A DNA stretch of 63,362 bases, filler included, from Trichomonas gallinae (lineage: Eukaryota): NCBI GenBank assembly GCA_008369845.1. It is 10 parts of 10 records of this genome, joined end to end, with 100 filler letters (N's around TTAATTAATTAA, not from the genome) between each part and the next. Parts side by side here need not be neighbours in the genome. Positions count along the whole stretch, not along the records: positions 44,223 to 51,144 come from MRSU01001550.1; positions 51,245 to 58,698 come from MRSU01001551.1; 8 more parts are not named here. One strand, 5' to 3'. Every line of letters begins with the position of its first letter. Position 1 is the stretch's first letter. Positions 44,668-55,502 of the stretch are shown here, piece by piece. A model generated the notes under the pieces. That model was not told the origin of the DNA. It was given only the letters and a program-made list of their open reading frames with translations, and ran no database searches. The position numbers and the translations under genes are program-made.

Positions 44668-46017
44668 ATGAGCACTGAAATCAGATCAAATCGTGCTATT
44701 TCTTACACAGCGCCTAAATACGTCATTGTCGAAGGCGACAAAACCGAGCCGTACATGATTATCCTTGGTATTGTCAATGGTCTCTCGATGGATCAGATTG
44801 ATCCGAATCTTTATCCAATGATTCAGACAGATTTGAAGCGCGATCGTGACAGATACCAGCTCGCTGGTAACAAAAGTGCTGTTGATCAGATAAATAAGTC
44901 ACTCGCTTACATTTATAATTATTATCAGGAAGAACAAAAAAAGGAAGAAAGAAGAAGATACTTGATGGAGATTGCTTTTACTGATGCTGATGTAGAGCAG
45001 TGTCTTCAAGATGTCATTAACGGTAAAGAAGTCGATCTAAAAACTCCAAGATTTAGAAAAGCGCTTATGCAAAGATTTAGGCAGGCAAAACACGACGCAA
45101 TTCAGAATACTGACTATGTTCTTGCTGATGCAATCGAAAGAGGCATTAACGGTTTAATTATTTTCGAAAATCAAGAAAAAGTTTATAAAGCGCAGGAAAG
45201 ACTGCTGAACGAGAAAAGCAAAAGAATGAAACGTGTCCAAAATACTATTGACAGAACAGAAAAAGCCTGGGATATTGAAATCGAAAATACAGAAAAAGAA
45301 AGAGAAAGCGATATCACGCAATTAAAGCGTCTAAAAGAGAAAGAGCTTAAAAAGTTTGAAGATGATTGGGCTAAATCTCCAAAAAGACCATTCAGGCCTT
45401 CTCCGCAATTAATTGAAGCAAAAAGGAAGGTAGAATTCTACAGGAACTTGGGGAGATGCGATGCTCTTGATGAAGCACTCAAAAGTGCCAATGAACTCGA
45501 AAAAGAAGAAAAAGATTATTTCAATAATCATTTACAACAGGAATATAACCGTAAACGCGGTGGAATTGAATCGAAGTATGATGTAAGGATCAATGAAAAG
45601 GAAGTTTTCTATACAAATACGCTTCAAAGAATGAGGGAACAGAAAGATAATGAAATTAAATCATTAAAGAAAGGTCTTGCATTCCTTGAATCGAAGCCAA
45701 TGATTGGTGTTGACGCAAATGTTACACTTGAATTTGAAGAAGAGAAAGAAGCTGAAGAAAACAATGAAAATCAGAACGAAAATGGAAGTCAAAGCCAACT
45801 TCCTTCATTATCACAAAAGGCGTCATCAAGCAGGGCTCCAATGCCACCATCAACACCAAGAGAACCAACATCACCAAGAAAAACGCCAAAAACAGCAAGA
45901 ACACCAAGAGCAAGGCCTCCAAAGCCAGATCATGCTCCTCTCACTGAAAGCCAGGCACTGTTTGTTCAGCGCAGGTCATACAACTATTTACTCTACACTA
46001 GAGCAAATATCAAGTAA
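44668..46017 (+). CDS. Coiled-coil hypothetical protein
   Basis: Charged heptads, an F(R/K)PSP.L motif and a Pro/basic tail. ATG at 44668 after Inr TCACT at 44657. Confidence 0.75.
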   Translation: MSTEIRSNRAISYTAPKYVIVEGDKTEPYMIILGIVNGLSMDQIDPNLYPMIQTDLKRDRDRYQLAGNKSAVDQINKSLAYIYNYYQEEQKKEERRRYLMEIAFTDADVEQCLQDVINGKEVDLKTPRFRKALMQRFRQAKHDAIQNTDYVLADAIERGINGLIIFENQEKVYKAQERLLNEKSKRMKRVQNTIDRTEKAWDIEIENTEKERESDITQLKRLKEKELKKFEDDWAKSPKRPFRPSPQLIEAKRKVEFYRNLGRCDALDEALKSANELEKEEKDYFNNHLQQEYNRKRGGIESKYDVRINEKEVFYTNTLQRMREQKDNEIKSLKKGLAFLESKPMIGVDANVTLEFEEEKEAEENNENQNENGSQSQLPSLSQKASSSRAPMPPSTPREPTSPRKTPKTARTPRARPPKPDHAPLTESQALFVQRRSYNYLLYTRANIK

Positions 46018-47266
46018 TTTATTTTGTATATATTTTAAATTTGTTTGCTAAATTATAGTATTTCGTATATTTACTTTAGAATATTTTAGTATTGAATGGC
46101 TTGAAAATTATCAGACTAATTAAATGAAAAATAAAAAGGAAATCATCAAAATAAAAAATATTATTAAATTGTTATTTAATTTAAGTAAATTAAGTTTTAT
46201 CATTGTTTAATATTCCCATAATGGAGCTTTTGTATAAAGTCAATAATGTTAATTATTGGAAATTTTAATTATCGAAAATATAATGAAGCAAATGTCATAT
46301 ACATTTTCCCATTACTTATATATTATTGTTTTTAAGTTGAAGTACAATGTTAATTCAGATATTAATTGGATATTTTGATAAAACATCCTATATTCTGAAT
46401 TAGAGTATGTAATGTTTGTTGAATGTATAAAAATTTTACATCATTCAAATTTTATGAATCATAAGAAATATTCACCTGTACAATGATTGAATTCTAAATT
46501 ATTTGATTGCAAGAATTCAAAAAATGCTAAGGCAACCATGCTTAATAGCTTTTTCTAATAATAGAAAGTAGATGATTCTAGACTAATGTTGAATTAAATC
46601 ATACAAAATGATTATTCAACCAAGATATGTAGTAAAAATTAGAATGTCTTGCTTGTATTTAAGCTAATTATTATGTCTGCTTGTATTTATAATAGATCGT
46701 ATCTCTTTGTACCGTAAACAATCGATCGCAGTATAAATTTTTTTAGCTTTGTTTGGTTTGGGCAAAAAATTATAAAAAAATATGATAGGATTTCACGCCC
46801 GTAATCATCAAGCCAAAAATATAATATTTCAAATCTACACAACATATAAATCAAAACTACATCAATAAAATCCAATTTTACCATTTTTGTAAAATTGCAT
46901 TTGAATATTGACCAACATGAGTCAAAATATAAGCATTATAGAGAATATAGAAGCTATTTATGAAAAAATCATGATTGAAATAAAATATTAATAACCAAAA
47001 TATTTAAAATATGGCATCTATAAACTATTTATATTTCAAATATCTAAAAAACAAGACATAAAAATAATAATTTAAACTGAAAATCAACATGAATTAAAAT
47101 ATAAGCTTTTTGCAATGTATAGATGATAAATATTCAGTAAAAAAGGAAAAATAAAAAATAGTCGATAATTTTTCTCACAAAAATTGCGATCGCTTTTGAA
47201 AATTTTTCGATCGCTAAAATTGAATGTCGAAAAAACTTTTGACCTGATTTATCATTTTTAAATCGA

Positions 47267-49063
47267 ATGCCGCCACCTCCAGCAGCAGTATTCAGAACAC
47301 AGGGTTCCCAGGACTCAGAGGAAGTCAAAACAACAGGCTTTGAGATGTTCAGCACTTTAAAGTACTTCAGACACAAATTTATCTTATTCTTAACTTTCCT
47401 ATTCTCAGCATTCAACGGCGCTGTACCTATTTTCCAAATGATGTATATGGGTGATATGACTACAGCCTTCTCTACCGATTTATCCGAAACTGTACCAGAA
47501 AAATTAACACCATTCATCTTGAAGATGTTATGGTGGAACATTGCTCAGGTTTTCGTCCTCCTCTTCTCAATGGTTTTCCGATCATACGCAACTCCAACTT
47601 TTAACATCGATCTTCGTAACGCAATTTTCACATCTTTGATGAACCAGCCAATCGATTACTTCGACAAGACATCATCTGGTGTTCTCGTCAGTCGCTTATC
47701 TGAAGATGTTACATTGGTTCGTGAAACATACATCGATAAGACCTGTATGGTTCTTCAGGGCTTGGCTCAGGCTATCATTGGTATCATTATGGCTTTCGTT
47801 AAGAACCAGCTCGTCTCATTAATTATTTTGATCGCTGCTCCAATTGTTTTGATTGTTTATTGGCTCGGCACAACATTTGTTGACCACCTTTGGAGCGAAT
47901 TCAATGAACACTCGACAACAGCTGCATCAAAAGCCGAAGAAGTTATCACACAATTCCGCACAGTTAAAGCTTTTGATGGTGAAATGAAGGAATTCGAAGA
48001 ATACTCGAAGTCCCTTGATGGCATCAACCATGTTTACAGGAAGACAGCCATCGCACACGGCACAAAGGACGCAATTATAAATTTAATCGCTAACATGCTC
48101 ACAGTCGTCATCCTTTACCTCGTTACATACCTAATCATCAAGCGTCCACAGAGAAATGTCGCAGCAGGTGATGCCATGTCTTTGATGATGTATCTTATGA
48201 TGGGTACGATGGGTCTTACACAGTCTTTCTCAGCTGTAGAAGACTACAGGAACGCTAACATTGCCTCTGCCAAGATTTTGGAGATCATCAACCTCAAGCC
48301 TGACATCGACAGGCATCAGGGTAATGTTCTCAGCGAAGTTAAGGGCAAAGTTGAATTCCGTGATGTTGGTTTCAAGTACTCAACAAGAGACGCATGGGCT
48401 GTTAGACACCTTTCATTCGTCATTGAGCCAGGAGAGACAGTTGCTCTCGTTGGTGAATCTGGATGCGGTAAGACAACAACACTTTCACTCCTTCAGAGAT
48501 TCTACGAGATCACAGAAGGCCAAATCCTCTTAGATGATGTTGATATCACATCACTTTCTCCAGTCTTCTTAAGATCTCAGATCTCAATTGTCCCACAGTC
48601 TCCAGTTCTCTTCACAATGTCCATTGCCGATAACATCAGATACGGCCGCCCACAGTCTACAGATGAAGAAATTGCCAAGGCTGCCGAAGTTGGTAACGCA
48701 CACAATTTCATCATGACAATCAAGAACAACTATAAGGAGGAAGTCCAGCAAACATCCCTTTCTGGTGGTCAGAAGCAGAGAATCTGCATTTCCCGTGCTA
48801 TTCTCGCAGATGCTCCAATTCTTCTTCTCGATGAAGCTACAGCTGCCTTAGATACAGAGTCAGAGCAGTTGGTCCAGCAGTCACTTGAGAGAGTTAGAAA
48901 GGGTAAGACTGCTATCGTTGTCGCCCACAGACTTGCTACAGTTAAGAATGCTGATAGAATTTTAGTTTTCCAGAATGGTACAATCGCTGAATCAGGCAAG
49001 CATGATGAGCTTGTTCAGAAGGGCGGCATCTATGCAGACTTAGTTAAGTTCCAACTCCAGTAA
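47267..49063 (+). CDS. Half-size ABCB (P-glycoprotein/TAP-like) ABC transporter
   Basis: TM domain plus NBD: GESGCGKT, Q-loop, LSGGQKQR, LLLDEATAALD, VAHRL. Inr TCATT at 47252. Confidence 0.95.
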   Translation: MPPPPAAVFRTQGSQDSEEVKTTGFEMFSTLKYFRHKFILFLTFLFSAFNGAVPIFQMMYMGDMTTAFSTDLSETVPEKLTPFILKMLWWNIAQVFVLLFSMVFRSYATPTFNIDLRNAIFTSLMNQPIDYFDKTSSGVLVSRLSEDVTLVRETYIDKTCMVLQGLAQAIIGIIMAFVKNQLVSLIILIAAPIVLIVYWLGTTFVDHLWSEFNEHSTTAASKAEEVITQFRTVKAFDGEMKEFEEYSKSLDGINHVYRKTAIAHGTKDAIINLIANMLTVVILYLVTYLIIKRPQRNVAAGDAMSLMMYLMMGTMGLTQSFSAVEDYRNANIASAKILEIINLKPDIDRHQGNVLSEVKGKVEFRDVGFKYSTRDAWAVRHLSFVIEPGETVALVGESGCGKTTTLSLLQRFYEITEGQILLDDVDITSLSPVFLRSQISIVPQSPVLFTMSIADNIRYGRPQSTDEEIAKAAEVGNAHNFIMTIKNNYKEEVQQTSLSGGQKQRICISRAILADAPILLLDEATAALDTESEQLVQQSLERVRKGKTAIVVAHRLATVKNADRILVFQNGTIAESGKHDELVQKGGIYADLVKFQLQ

Positions 49064-49120
49064 TTTTATATCTTTTTTGATTATAATATTTCTCTAAAAC
49101 ATGGTTATATTACTTTCTAA

Positions 49121-49281
49121 TTACATGTAAAATAAGATTTTTGAATTATGTCGCCATGTAAAAAACCAAAAAAAATGTCATGTAAAATTATTTTTGTCAT
49201 TAGTTAATTTTATTGCCATGTAAATTTTTTATTGGATTTTTGACATGTAAAATGATTTTTGTTTAAAATTTTGGCATGTAA
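49121..49281 (+). promoter_or_regulatory. Array of six CATGTAA (TGNCATGTAA) motifs
   Basis: TTACATGTAA 49121, CGCCATGTAA 49152, TGTCATGTAA 49176, TGCCATGTAA 49214, TGACATGTAA 49241, TGGCATGTAA 49272; ATG at 49294. Confidence 0.65.
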
Positions 49282-49293
49282 GTAGATTTTACA

Positions 49294-50091
49294 ATGATCG
49301 CTCGATTGATGGGATCTGGTGGTGAATTTGGAATTCCTGAGCTAGGATGTGAATGCAATACGTGCAAAAGCACGGATCCGCGTGATAAAAGAGAGAGATC
49401 GAGCCTCTTTTTGACTACTATTGATGACCACACTATCATTATTGATGCTGGATGCGATTTTCGCGATCAAGTGTTACGTAGAAATCTCAGACAGATTAGT
49501 GCGATGTTTTTAACTGATGATCAGTACTGCCACATTATGGGAGTTGATGAAGTTAGACCTTTCACTGAAAATAACGATTTGCTAGTATTTGTAAATGAAA
49601 AAACAAACGAAACAATGCTCAAAATGTACAATTACGTTTTCCACGTTTTTCAGATTGGAGGAGGAGTGCCGCAAATTAAATTAATGCTTGTAAATGGTGA
49701 ATTCACAGTGGATAATATCAAAATTACGCCTATTGAATGTTCAAACCAGATTCGCAAATCTCTTGGATATCGAATTGGCAATTTTGCCTATCTTCCTGAG
49801 TGCAAAACAATCGCCCATAGCGAATTAAATAAGCTGAATGGTGTAGAAAAGCTTGTTATTGCCGCCTCAGGAATCATAAAACGCGAAGATAAACTAAATA
49901 TCGACGAAGCAATCGAATATATAGTTCAGATTGGATCTAAGAACAACTACATCTCTCATCTTACCCATGAAAAGACTTATTCTGAGTATGAAAAATACGT
50001 TGAAGAGAAAAAGAACAGGGATGCAAGGCTAGCCAACATTGATATAACTGTTGGCTATGATGGACTAGAAATTGACGGAATTTTTGCTTAA
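49294..50091 (+). CDS. PhnP-like metallo-beta-lactamase-fold protein with a degenerate metal site
   Basis: GSGG..G.P..GCECNTC.S.DPRDKR.RSS, IIIDAG.DFR.Q, GYRIGNFAY, SHLTH and GYDGL. The expected THxHxDH reads TDDQYCH. Confidence 0.88.
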   Translation: MIARLMGSGGEFGIPELGCECNTCKSTDPRDKRERSSLFLTTIDDHTIIIDAGCDFRDQVLRRNLRQISAMFLTDDQYCHIMGVDEVRPFTENNDLLVFVNEKTNETMLKMYNYVFHVFQIGGGVPQIKLMLVNGEFTVDNIKITPIECSNQIRKSLGYRIGNFAYLPECKTIAHSELNKLNGVEKLVIAASGIIKREDKLNIDEAIEYIVQIGSKNNYISHLTHEKTYSEYEKYVEEKKNRDARLANIDITVGYDGLEIDGIFA

Positions 50092-50581
50092 TCAAATTTA
50101 ATTTTGTAATATTAACTTTTTTAAAAAATTGTTTGTATTAGATGTTTATATTTTCTAATTGTCTGCTTGTGAAATGAGCAAATTTTGTCTACATAATAGA
50201 AAAATCATTATAAAACAAAATTTCCATTTTATATTACAAATTAGAGTTCAAATAAGAAGATTAAACATATATAGTAGATTTCTACACATATAATGACGAA
50301 TTACAATAAATATACATTGAGTAACATGATTCTCAAAATAGGGGGAAAAAAATTGAGCAATTCTTTTTCTCATCAAACGAGAGACTAGAAAAACAAGAAA
50401 ATATCTGTCTGATTAGCAAATAATATATTGGCAAAAAATCTGTTTTGATAAAGTTGTGAATTCTAAAGATATTCGACATGAAACACTGTGAATTCGATAT
50501 ATTTGTCCAACGTGGTTGTATAGTGTAAGTGATTTAGTCTGTTGTTTGATAAAAAAAATTAAAAGTAGCAAATTTCATTCT

Positions 50582-51144
50582 CAATTATTTACAAGATGAA
50601 AATGCAAACAATTCTGCAAGACTTTGAGATTCGCAGTCCAGTCTTTTGTCCTCCATGAATATGACGCCACATGGGGCAGATTTTATGGTCCGAATCTGGA
50701 ACCGGACAAAGTTTACAACTATTCAACATTTATCAACGAAACTGGCAACGTCTACGTCCTCTATGCTATATTCCACGACTTCAGTCCTAATGGAGCAATT
50801 TGGGTGTCAGGGAATCAACTTTTAACATCAGAAACCTTTTTTAGCAACTCCAGATCCTCAAATTGCGGAGGATCTATATACGTCATTCTTGGATCATGCA
50901 TTCAATATCGCGTTTGCAGTATTAATTCTTCAGTTGAACGCCAAGGAGATTGGATTGCTGGGGCCCACTCATACGCTTCAGTTAAAGGCAAAAACTATAA
51001 TATCGAATGCTCTATATCAAAATGTATTGGGTATGACAGCTCCCTTTTTCTTGATATGGGAATTCAAAGGTGTTCCGACTCTCATTTCTCTAGCGATTTG
51101 GACGAAATTTACAATATAGATTATACTACTGATATGTATGTAAA
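50582..51144 (+). pseudogene. Trichomonad GGAIY-type (Pmp-like) surface-family gene; no in-frame ATG, truncated by the gap
   Basis: NGAIW, ETFFSN, GGSIYV..GSC.Q.RVC and N.NIECSIS.C motifs; an in-frame TGA lies upstream of 50624 and there is no ATG. Confidence 0.5.
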
Positions 51145-51244
51145 NNNNNNNNNNNNNNNNNNNNNNNNNNNNNNNNNNNNNNNNNNNNTTAATTAATTAA
51201 NNNNNNNNNNNNNNNNNNNNNNNNNNNNNNNNNNNNNNNNNNNN
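51145..51244. other. Artificial contig-join spacer
   Basis: N44-TTAATTAATTAA-N44. Confidence 0.98.
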
Positions 51245-51697
51245 TATGGTACACACAATGACAACTCTATTAAGTATTTACGACCAATATTTTTATATAA
51301 ATTCATCCAACTTAACACAAAACATCAAAATATGGGTGATCAATAATAATTCATCATCCATCATGATCTTTTTTTCTAAAAATCATATATAAACATGTGA
51401 ATAAATCAAACTTACTCATGTCATCCCGTCAGAAAGTAGAAAATTATATCAATCATCCCTAAAATATGTTCTTTTTTATTTTAGGAGGATGATATTCAGC
51501 CCATCTGGATATATATACTGACTAAATATATATTATTCTATACGTTTAAGTTTGAAATAATATAATTTCTAACTCATCTTTTGGATTGATTCGTTTTAAA
51601 TAATGAACGTTATTTTGATAGAAAGGATTTTATACTCTATGAAATAAGATTCAAATACCAAAAGAAAGATATTAATAAACAACAGATAAACGATAAA

Positions 51698-52273
51698 TTA
51701 ACAGCCACATCCTGATTTCGGTTCTGGTTTAACAGGACATGGTGTTGCACTATCTTTCAGCTGCAATCGCTCAACAATTGATTGAAGTGCAGATTCAAAC
51801 AGGCGGTCAATACCAGCACCTGTAAGAGCTGATGTATAATAGATTGGTATTTGTAAATTAGAAACAGTAATGTTGATTTCTTCGTCGTCAATCGCACGAT
51901 CTTCTGTTAGATCGAATTTATTAGCACAGCAAAGGATTGATGGCGCTGAAGAAGTGTTTTCACGTATAGAGTGAACCCAATAAGACACAGAATCTAAACT
52001 TTTTTGATTTGTTAAATCGAAAACCACAATCGCGATTTGTGCACCTCGAAAGTACATCGGAACAATAGTTCTATATGTCTCTTGACCTGCTGTATCCCAT
52101 ATACTAAGCGTGTAGGTATAGCCATCGAGTATTACATCTTTTTCAGCACAGGTAGAGCCAATAGTAGAAGGTTGCATCTGAGAAAACGTTCCATCACAGT
52201 ATTTCTGCATGATTGCTGTCTTTCCAACTGATGCATCTCCAACAATAACAACTTTTATAGATTCATCAGTCAT
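51698..52273 (-). CDS. Rab-family small GTPase
   Basis: GDASVGKT, STIG, WDTAGQE, NKFD, TSA; C-terminal CGC prenylation motif. ATG at 52273. Confidence 0.95.
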   Translation of the reverse strand: MTDESIKVVIVGDASVGKTAIMQKYCDGTFSQMQPSTIGSTCAEKDVILDGYTYTLSIWDTAGQETYRTIVPMYFRGAQIAIVVFDLTNQKSLDSVSYWVHSIRENTSSAPSILCCANKFDLTEDRAIDDEEINITVSNLQIPIYYTSALTGAGIDRLFESALQSIVERLQLKDSATPCPVKPEPKSGCGC

Positions 52274-52934
52274 TTTGTCACCTTTTTGCCAATTTTCAAA
52301 CGACCATTTGTAAAACCAAAAAATTACCAAATATTTCTAATAAATATCTCTTCAAAATCATGAATCAGCTTTCCTAAGTCATTTTTATGCCGATTTTGAT
52401 TCAGGCAAAGTGTTGTTTGCGAATTTTAAGCTATTTCCATAACCTTTATTTATTGCAGATTATAAAAATTGTAAAATTTTAAGAAAAATTCAGTTGATTG
52501 AGAAATTGATTGAGTGGTCAACTCAGATCCTCGGCAAAATGCTGTAAATGTACACTTCATCTACTAGTCTATAGAATGTGCTTTAACATTTCCACAATCT
52601 TGACGAAGCTCTATAATATTGGTTATTTGTAATTCCAATAAATCCACTATCACAAGCTTTATATGATACAAATGGAAATAAATGTATTTTATGACTATCT
52701 CTTGAAAATATTTCTTTAATCAAACATAATGAACAGATCTGTTCGATATAAGCTTTACATTTCTATATAAATTCAATAGTTCTCTAACCTTGTTAATACG
52801 AAAAAGCTCAGTAATCTATTGATCATTCAATATGATTGATATCTATTGTAAGGTTTGTAATTCATGTACATTTAACATACCATTCATGCACAAATGAAAA
52901 ATGCATTAATTCTAATATATATATCAAACAAAAT

Positions 52935-55502
52935 TTATATTGAAAGAACAGACAAATCAATATCTATAGGTTCTTCATCTATTAATTGATCCTCTTGAGG
53001 TGTTACACCACCACACATGTTCAAAGTTCGGAGTCTCCAAATGTTGACAGACATTGTTTGAACATCAGTGCAGTTTCGCATGTTTGATTCTACAAACTCG
53101 ACAATAGATGCTGCATCTACAACAGCCATCTTCTGTGTGAACATCTCGACAAGAATATTAGCAATGCCGATATTTAATTTCAATGCGAAGAAAATGAATC
53201 GGCAATAGAGAGAAACTGCAGAAGAAAAGAATCTATCATAGAAATTATCGGTTATTATTGTAACAATAATATCGAGAATTTCGCTTCCTTGTTCCATTAA
53301 AAATTTCGCAATCTTATCTGGATGGCAGGACTGGAACATATCCTCCATAAAAGATATTATCGTTGATATTCCATGGAATGGAATGTTTTGTATTGCTGTC
53401 TTAACCAACTCCAAAGGAAATTCATCAACAAAAGATAAAAAGTGGAACTCTCTCATGCAATTAAACGCTTCAATCGAGTCTTCACCCATATTTGTAAAGG
53501 CAGGCTCAATGAAATGCTCGTTTATCTCATTGAAGAGAGGTGAAATTGATGGATTATGCTTTCTAATCAGTGCAAAAACCCTCATAGAGTAACCAGCAAA
53601 CTCTTGGATTGGAGCAAGTTGGTTTGCGGCTATTGTAGTGAACGCAAGAATTTTATCTGGTGGGGAAGATAATATCATTGACAACAATACTCGAAATGAG
53701 AAGTCAATGATTCTATCATTGCCTGGAATGTAGTCTTTTAGTGTTGTTATCAAGTTTAGAGCAGAAACAATGACCGTTTCTCCAATTGATGGAGCTAATT
53801 CTCGAGCTTCAGCGACAATAACTTGTACAAGGTTCAAAAGAGAGATAGCATACGTTCTTTCATCCTCTTCTGATATGGTTTCGATATTTCCAGCAAGATT
53901 GACGAATTGTTGAAGTGGACCTTGCGTAATTTTCGTCAAAATTGGAACTGGAATGACACTTTTGACTCTTCTGAGTCCTCTAACAACTAACCTAAACAGT
54001 TCAGATACAGTTTTAGAATACTGCGTTGCGAGATTTAAAACTTCGTATAATTGCTGAAGAAGAGGTCCATGGCAAACAACATCAGGGGTATTAGTATTAA
54101 TATTCATTAGCATTGTCATTGCTGCATTTGATATTTGTTCATCATCAGTATCTATTGAAAATGAAATTGTATTGGCAAAAATTTCTTGTAAAATAGGAGA
54201 ATGAGCTATATGCTGGTGAGTATGCTGCAAACACAATATAAGCGCAATATAAATATCGCTGTCTTCTGTGGAACTTGCAAGTTCATAAAATTGCGTAATA
54301 TAATGCTCAACAGTGCTTTGATTCATTAAACTTTGTAGAGCTGTAATCATGCCAATAAAGTTAGAAGACATTTCAAGGTGCTCTAAGCCTGAAGTAATTA
54401 TACTCGGATTTGCTTGGTAAAGTTTTTGAACGCATGCAATAGCAAAATTTGTTATAGTAACTGTTTCTTCATTTACCAAGAATATTATCTTAACAAAGTT
54501 CATAAATAAAGTAGGATATAATTCTTCAAGAAAATCTGTTTTTGAATCTAATGCAAAATAGTCCAGCATTGTGATCCAAACATTCCAGTATAATCGTGTC
54601 ATGCCTTCAAATTTTGAAGAATCGGATAAAACGAAGAGAGATTTTCGAAGAACTTGAATTGCTGCTTCATTTTCTAAATGATTTAGATAAAATGCTATTC
54701 CTTGTTGTTGTATTAACGATGCAAGGCACGTATAAGGTAGAGAACTTGTTTCGCAGGCTAATAAAATATTAGGTAAAAGAATGTCTTCGAAATGAGTGAA
54801 ATATTGTGCTGCATCTAAACGTAGACACATAAAGCTGTATATTATTCGTATGACTGAGTTCTGATAAATCGGCTGATGTATATATTGCGTTAATAAAATC
54901 TCGAAAAAGTTATTACATGATAATAATTCCATGGGTAAGAATGCAGAAATCTTAATTAATATCTCTAATCCAGTTAGTGACATTGAGTTTAGTAATGCTT
55001 GGATAAAAGTCGGAAAAAATTCAATGTAAGCGAACCGAATTATTTGCTTGTCTGAGTTCTGTATGAGGTTTGTAGCCGAGAGAATGGAAGTGAAGTTTAA
55101 TAATACGTCGAGAGTTGGCAAAGAAATTATGTCAACAAAAAATGTTGCCCAGCTTTGAAATTCAACTATGGCAATTAGGGCCAGTGCCATGTCAACAAAC
55201 TTTTTAGATGTAATATCCACGAAGTTATTGTCTATGCAAAGCTGTAGCAATGCATCTCGGACTTCTTGACGTTCTTCTTGAATATATTCGAACCAATCGT
55301 ATTTAATATGATATCTTATTGCCGAACATGCCACAACAATGGCGCCAACCTCTTTAGAATTATTTAGGATTTCAACAGCCATCGACAAAGACTCATGATC
55401 TTTTTGCCATCTACATATGAAATCATTGGCAGCCTGCACCTGTTCAATATTGGGCGAACTAAGTCGGAGAGACATGGTTATGATCTCTCCGACATCATTC
55501 AT
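52935..55502 (-). CDS. Importin-beta/exportin-like HEAT protein
   Basis: N-terminal AN..I..WQK, I...W..I..E.R..VR..L and LA.IA..EF..W..F motifs of the IBN_N/Xpo1 type; 855 aa. Confidence 0.72.
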   Translation of the reverse strand: MNDVGEIITMSLRLSSPNIEQVQAANDFICRWQKDHESLSMAVEILNNSKEVGAIVVACSAIRYHIKYDWFEYIQEERQEVRDALLQLCIDNNFVDITSKKFVDMALALIAIVEFQSWATFFVDIISLPTLDVLLNFTSILSATNLIQNSDKQIIRFAYIEFFPTFIQALLNSMSLTGLEILIKISAFLPMELLSCNNFFEILLTQYIHQPIYQNSVIRIIYSFMCLRLDAAQYFTHFEDILLPNILLACETSSLPYTCLASLIQQQGIAFYLNHLENEAAIQVLRKSLFVLSDSSKFEGMTRLYWNVWITMLDYFALDSKTDFLEELYPTLFMNFVKIIFLVNEETVTITNFAIACVQKLYQANPSIITSGLEHLEMSSNFIGMITALQSLMNQSTVEHYITQFYELASSTEDSDIYIALILCLQHTHQHIAHSPILQEIFANTISFSIDTDDEQISNAAMTMLMNINTNTPDVVCHGPLLQQLYEVLNLATQYSKTVSELFRLVVRGLRRVKSVIPVPILTKITQGPLQQFVNLAGNIETISEEDERTYAISLLNLVQVIVAEARELAPSIGETVIVSALNLITTLKDYIPGNDRIIDFSFRVLLSMILSSPPDKILAFTTIAANQLAPIQEFAGYSMRVFALIRKHNPSISPLFNEINEHFIEPAFTNMGEDSIEAFNCMREFHFLSFVDEFPLELVKTAIQNIPFHGISTIISFMEDMFQSCHPDKIAKFLMEQGSEILDIIVTIITDNFYDRFFSSAVSLYCRFIFFALKLNIGIANILVEMFTQKMAVVDAASIVEFVESNMRNCTDVQTMSVNIWRLRTLNMCGGVTPQEDQLIDEEPIDIDLSVLSI

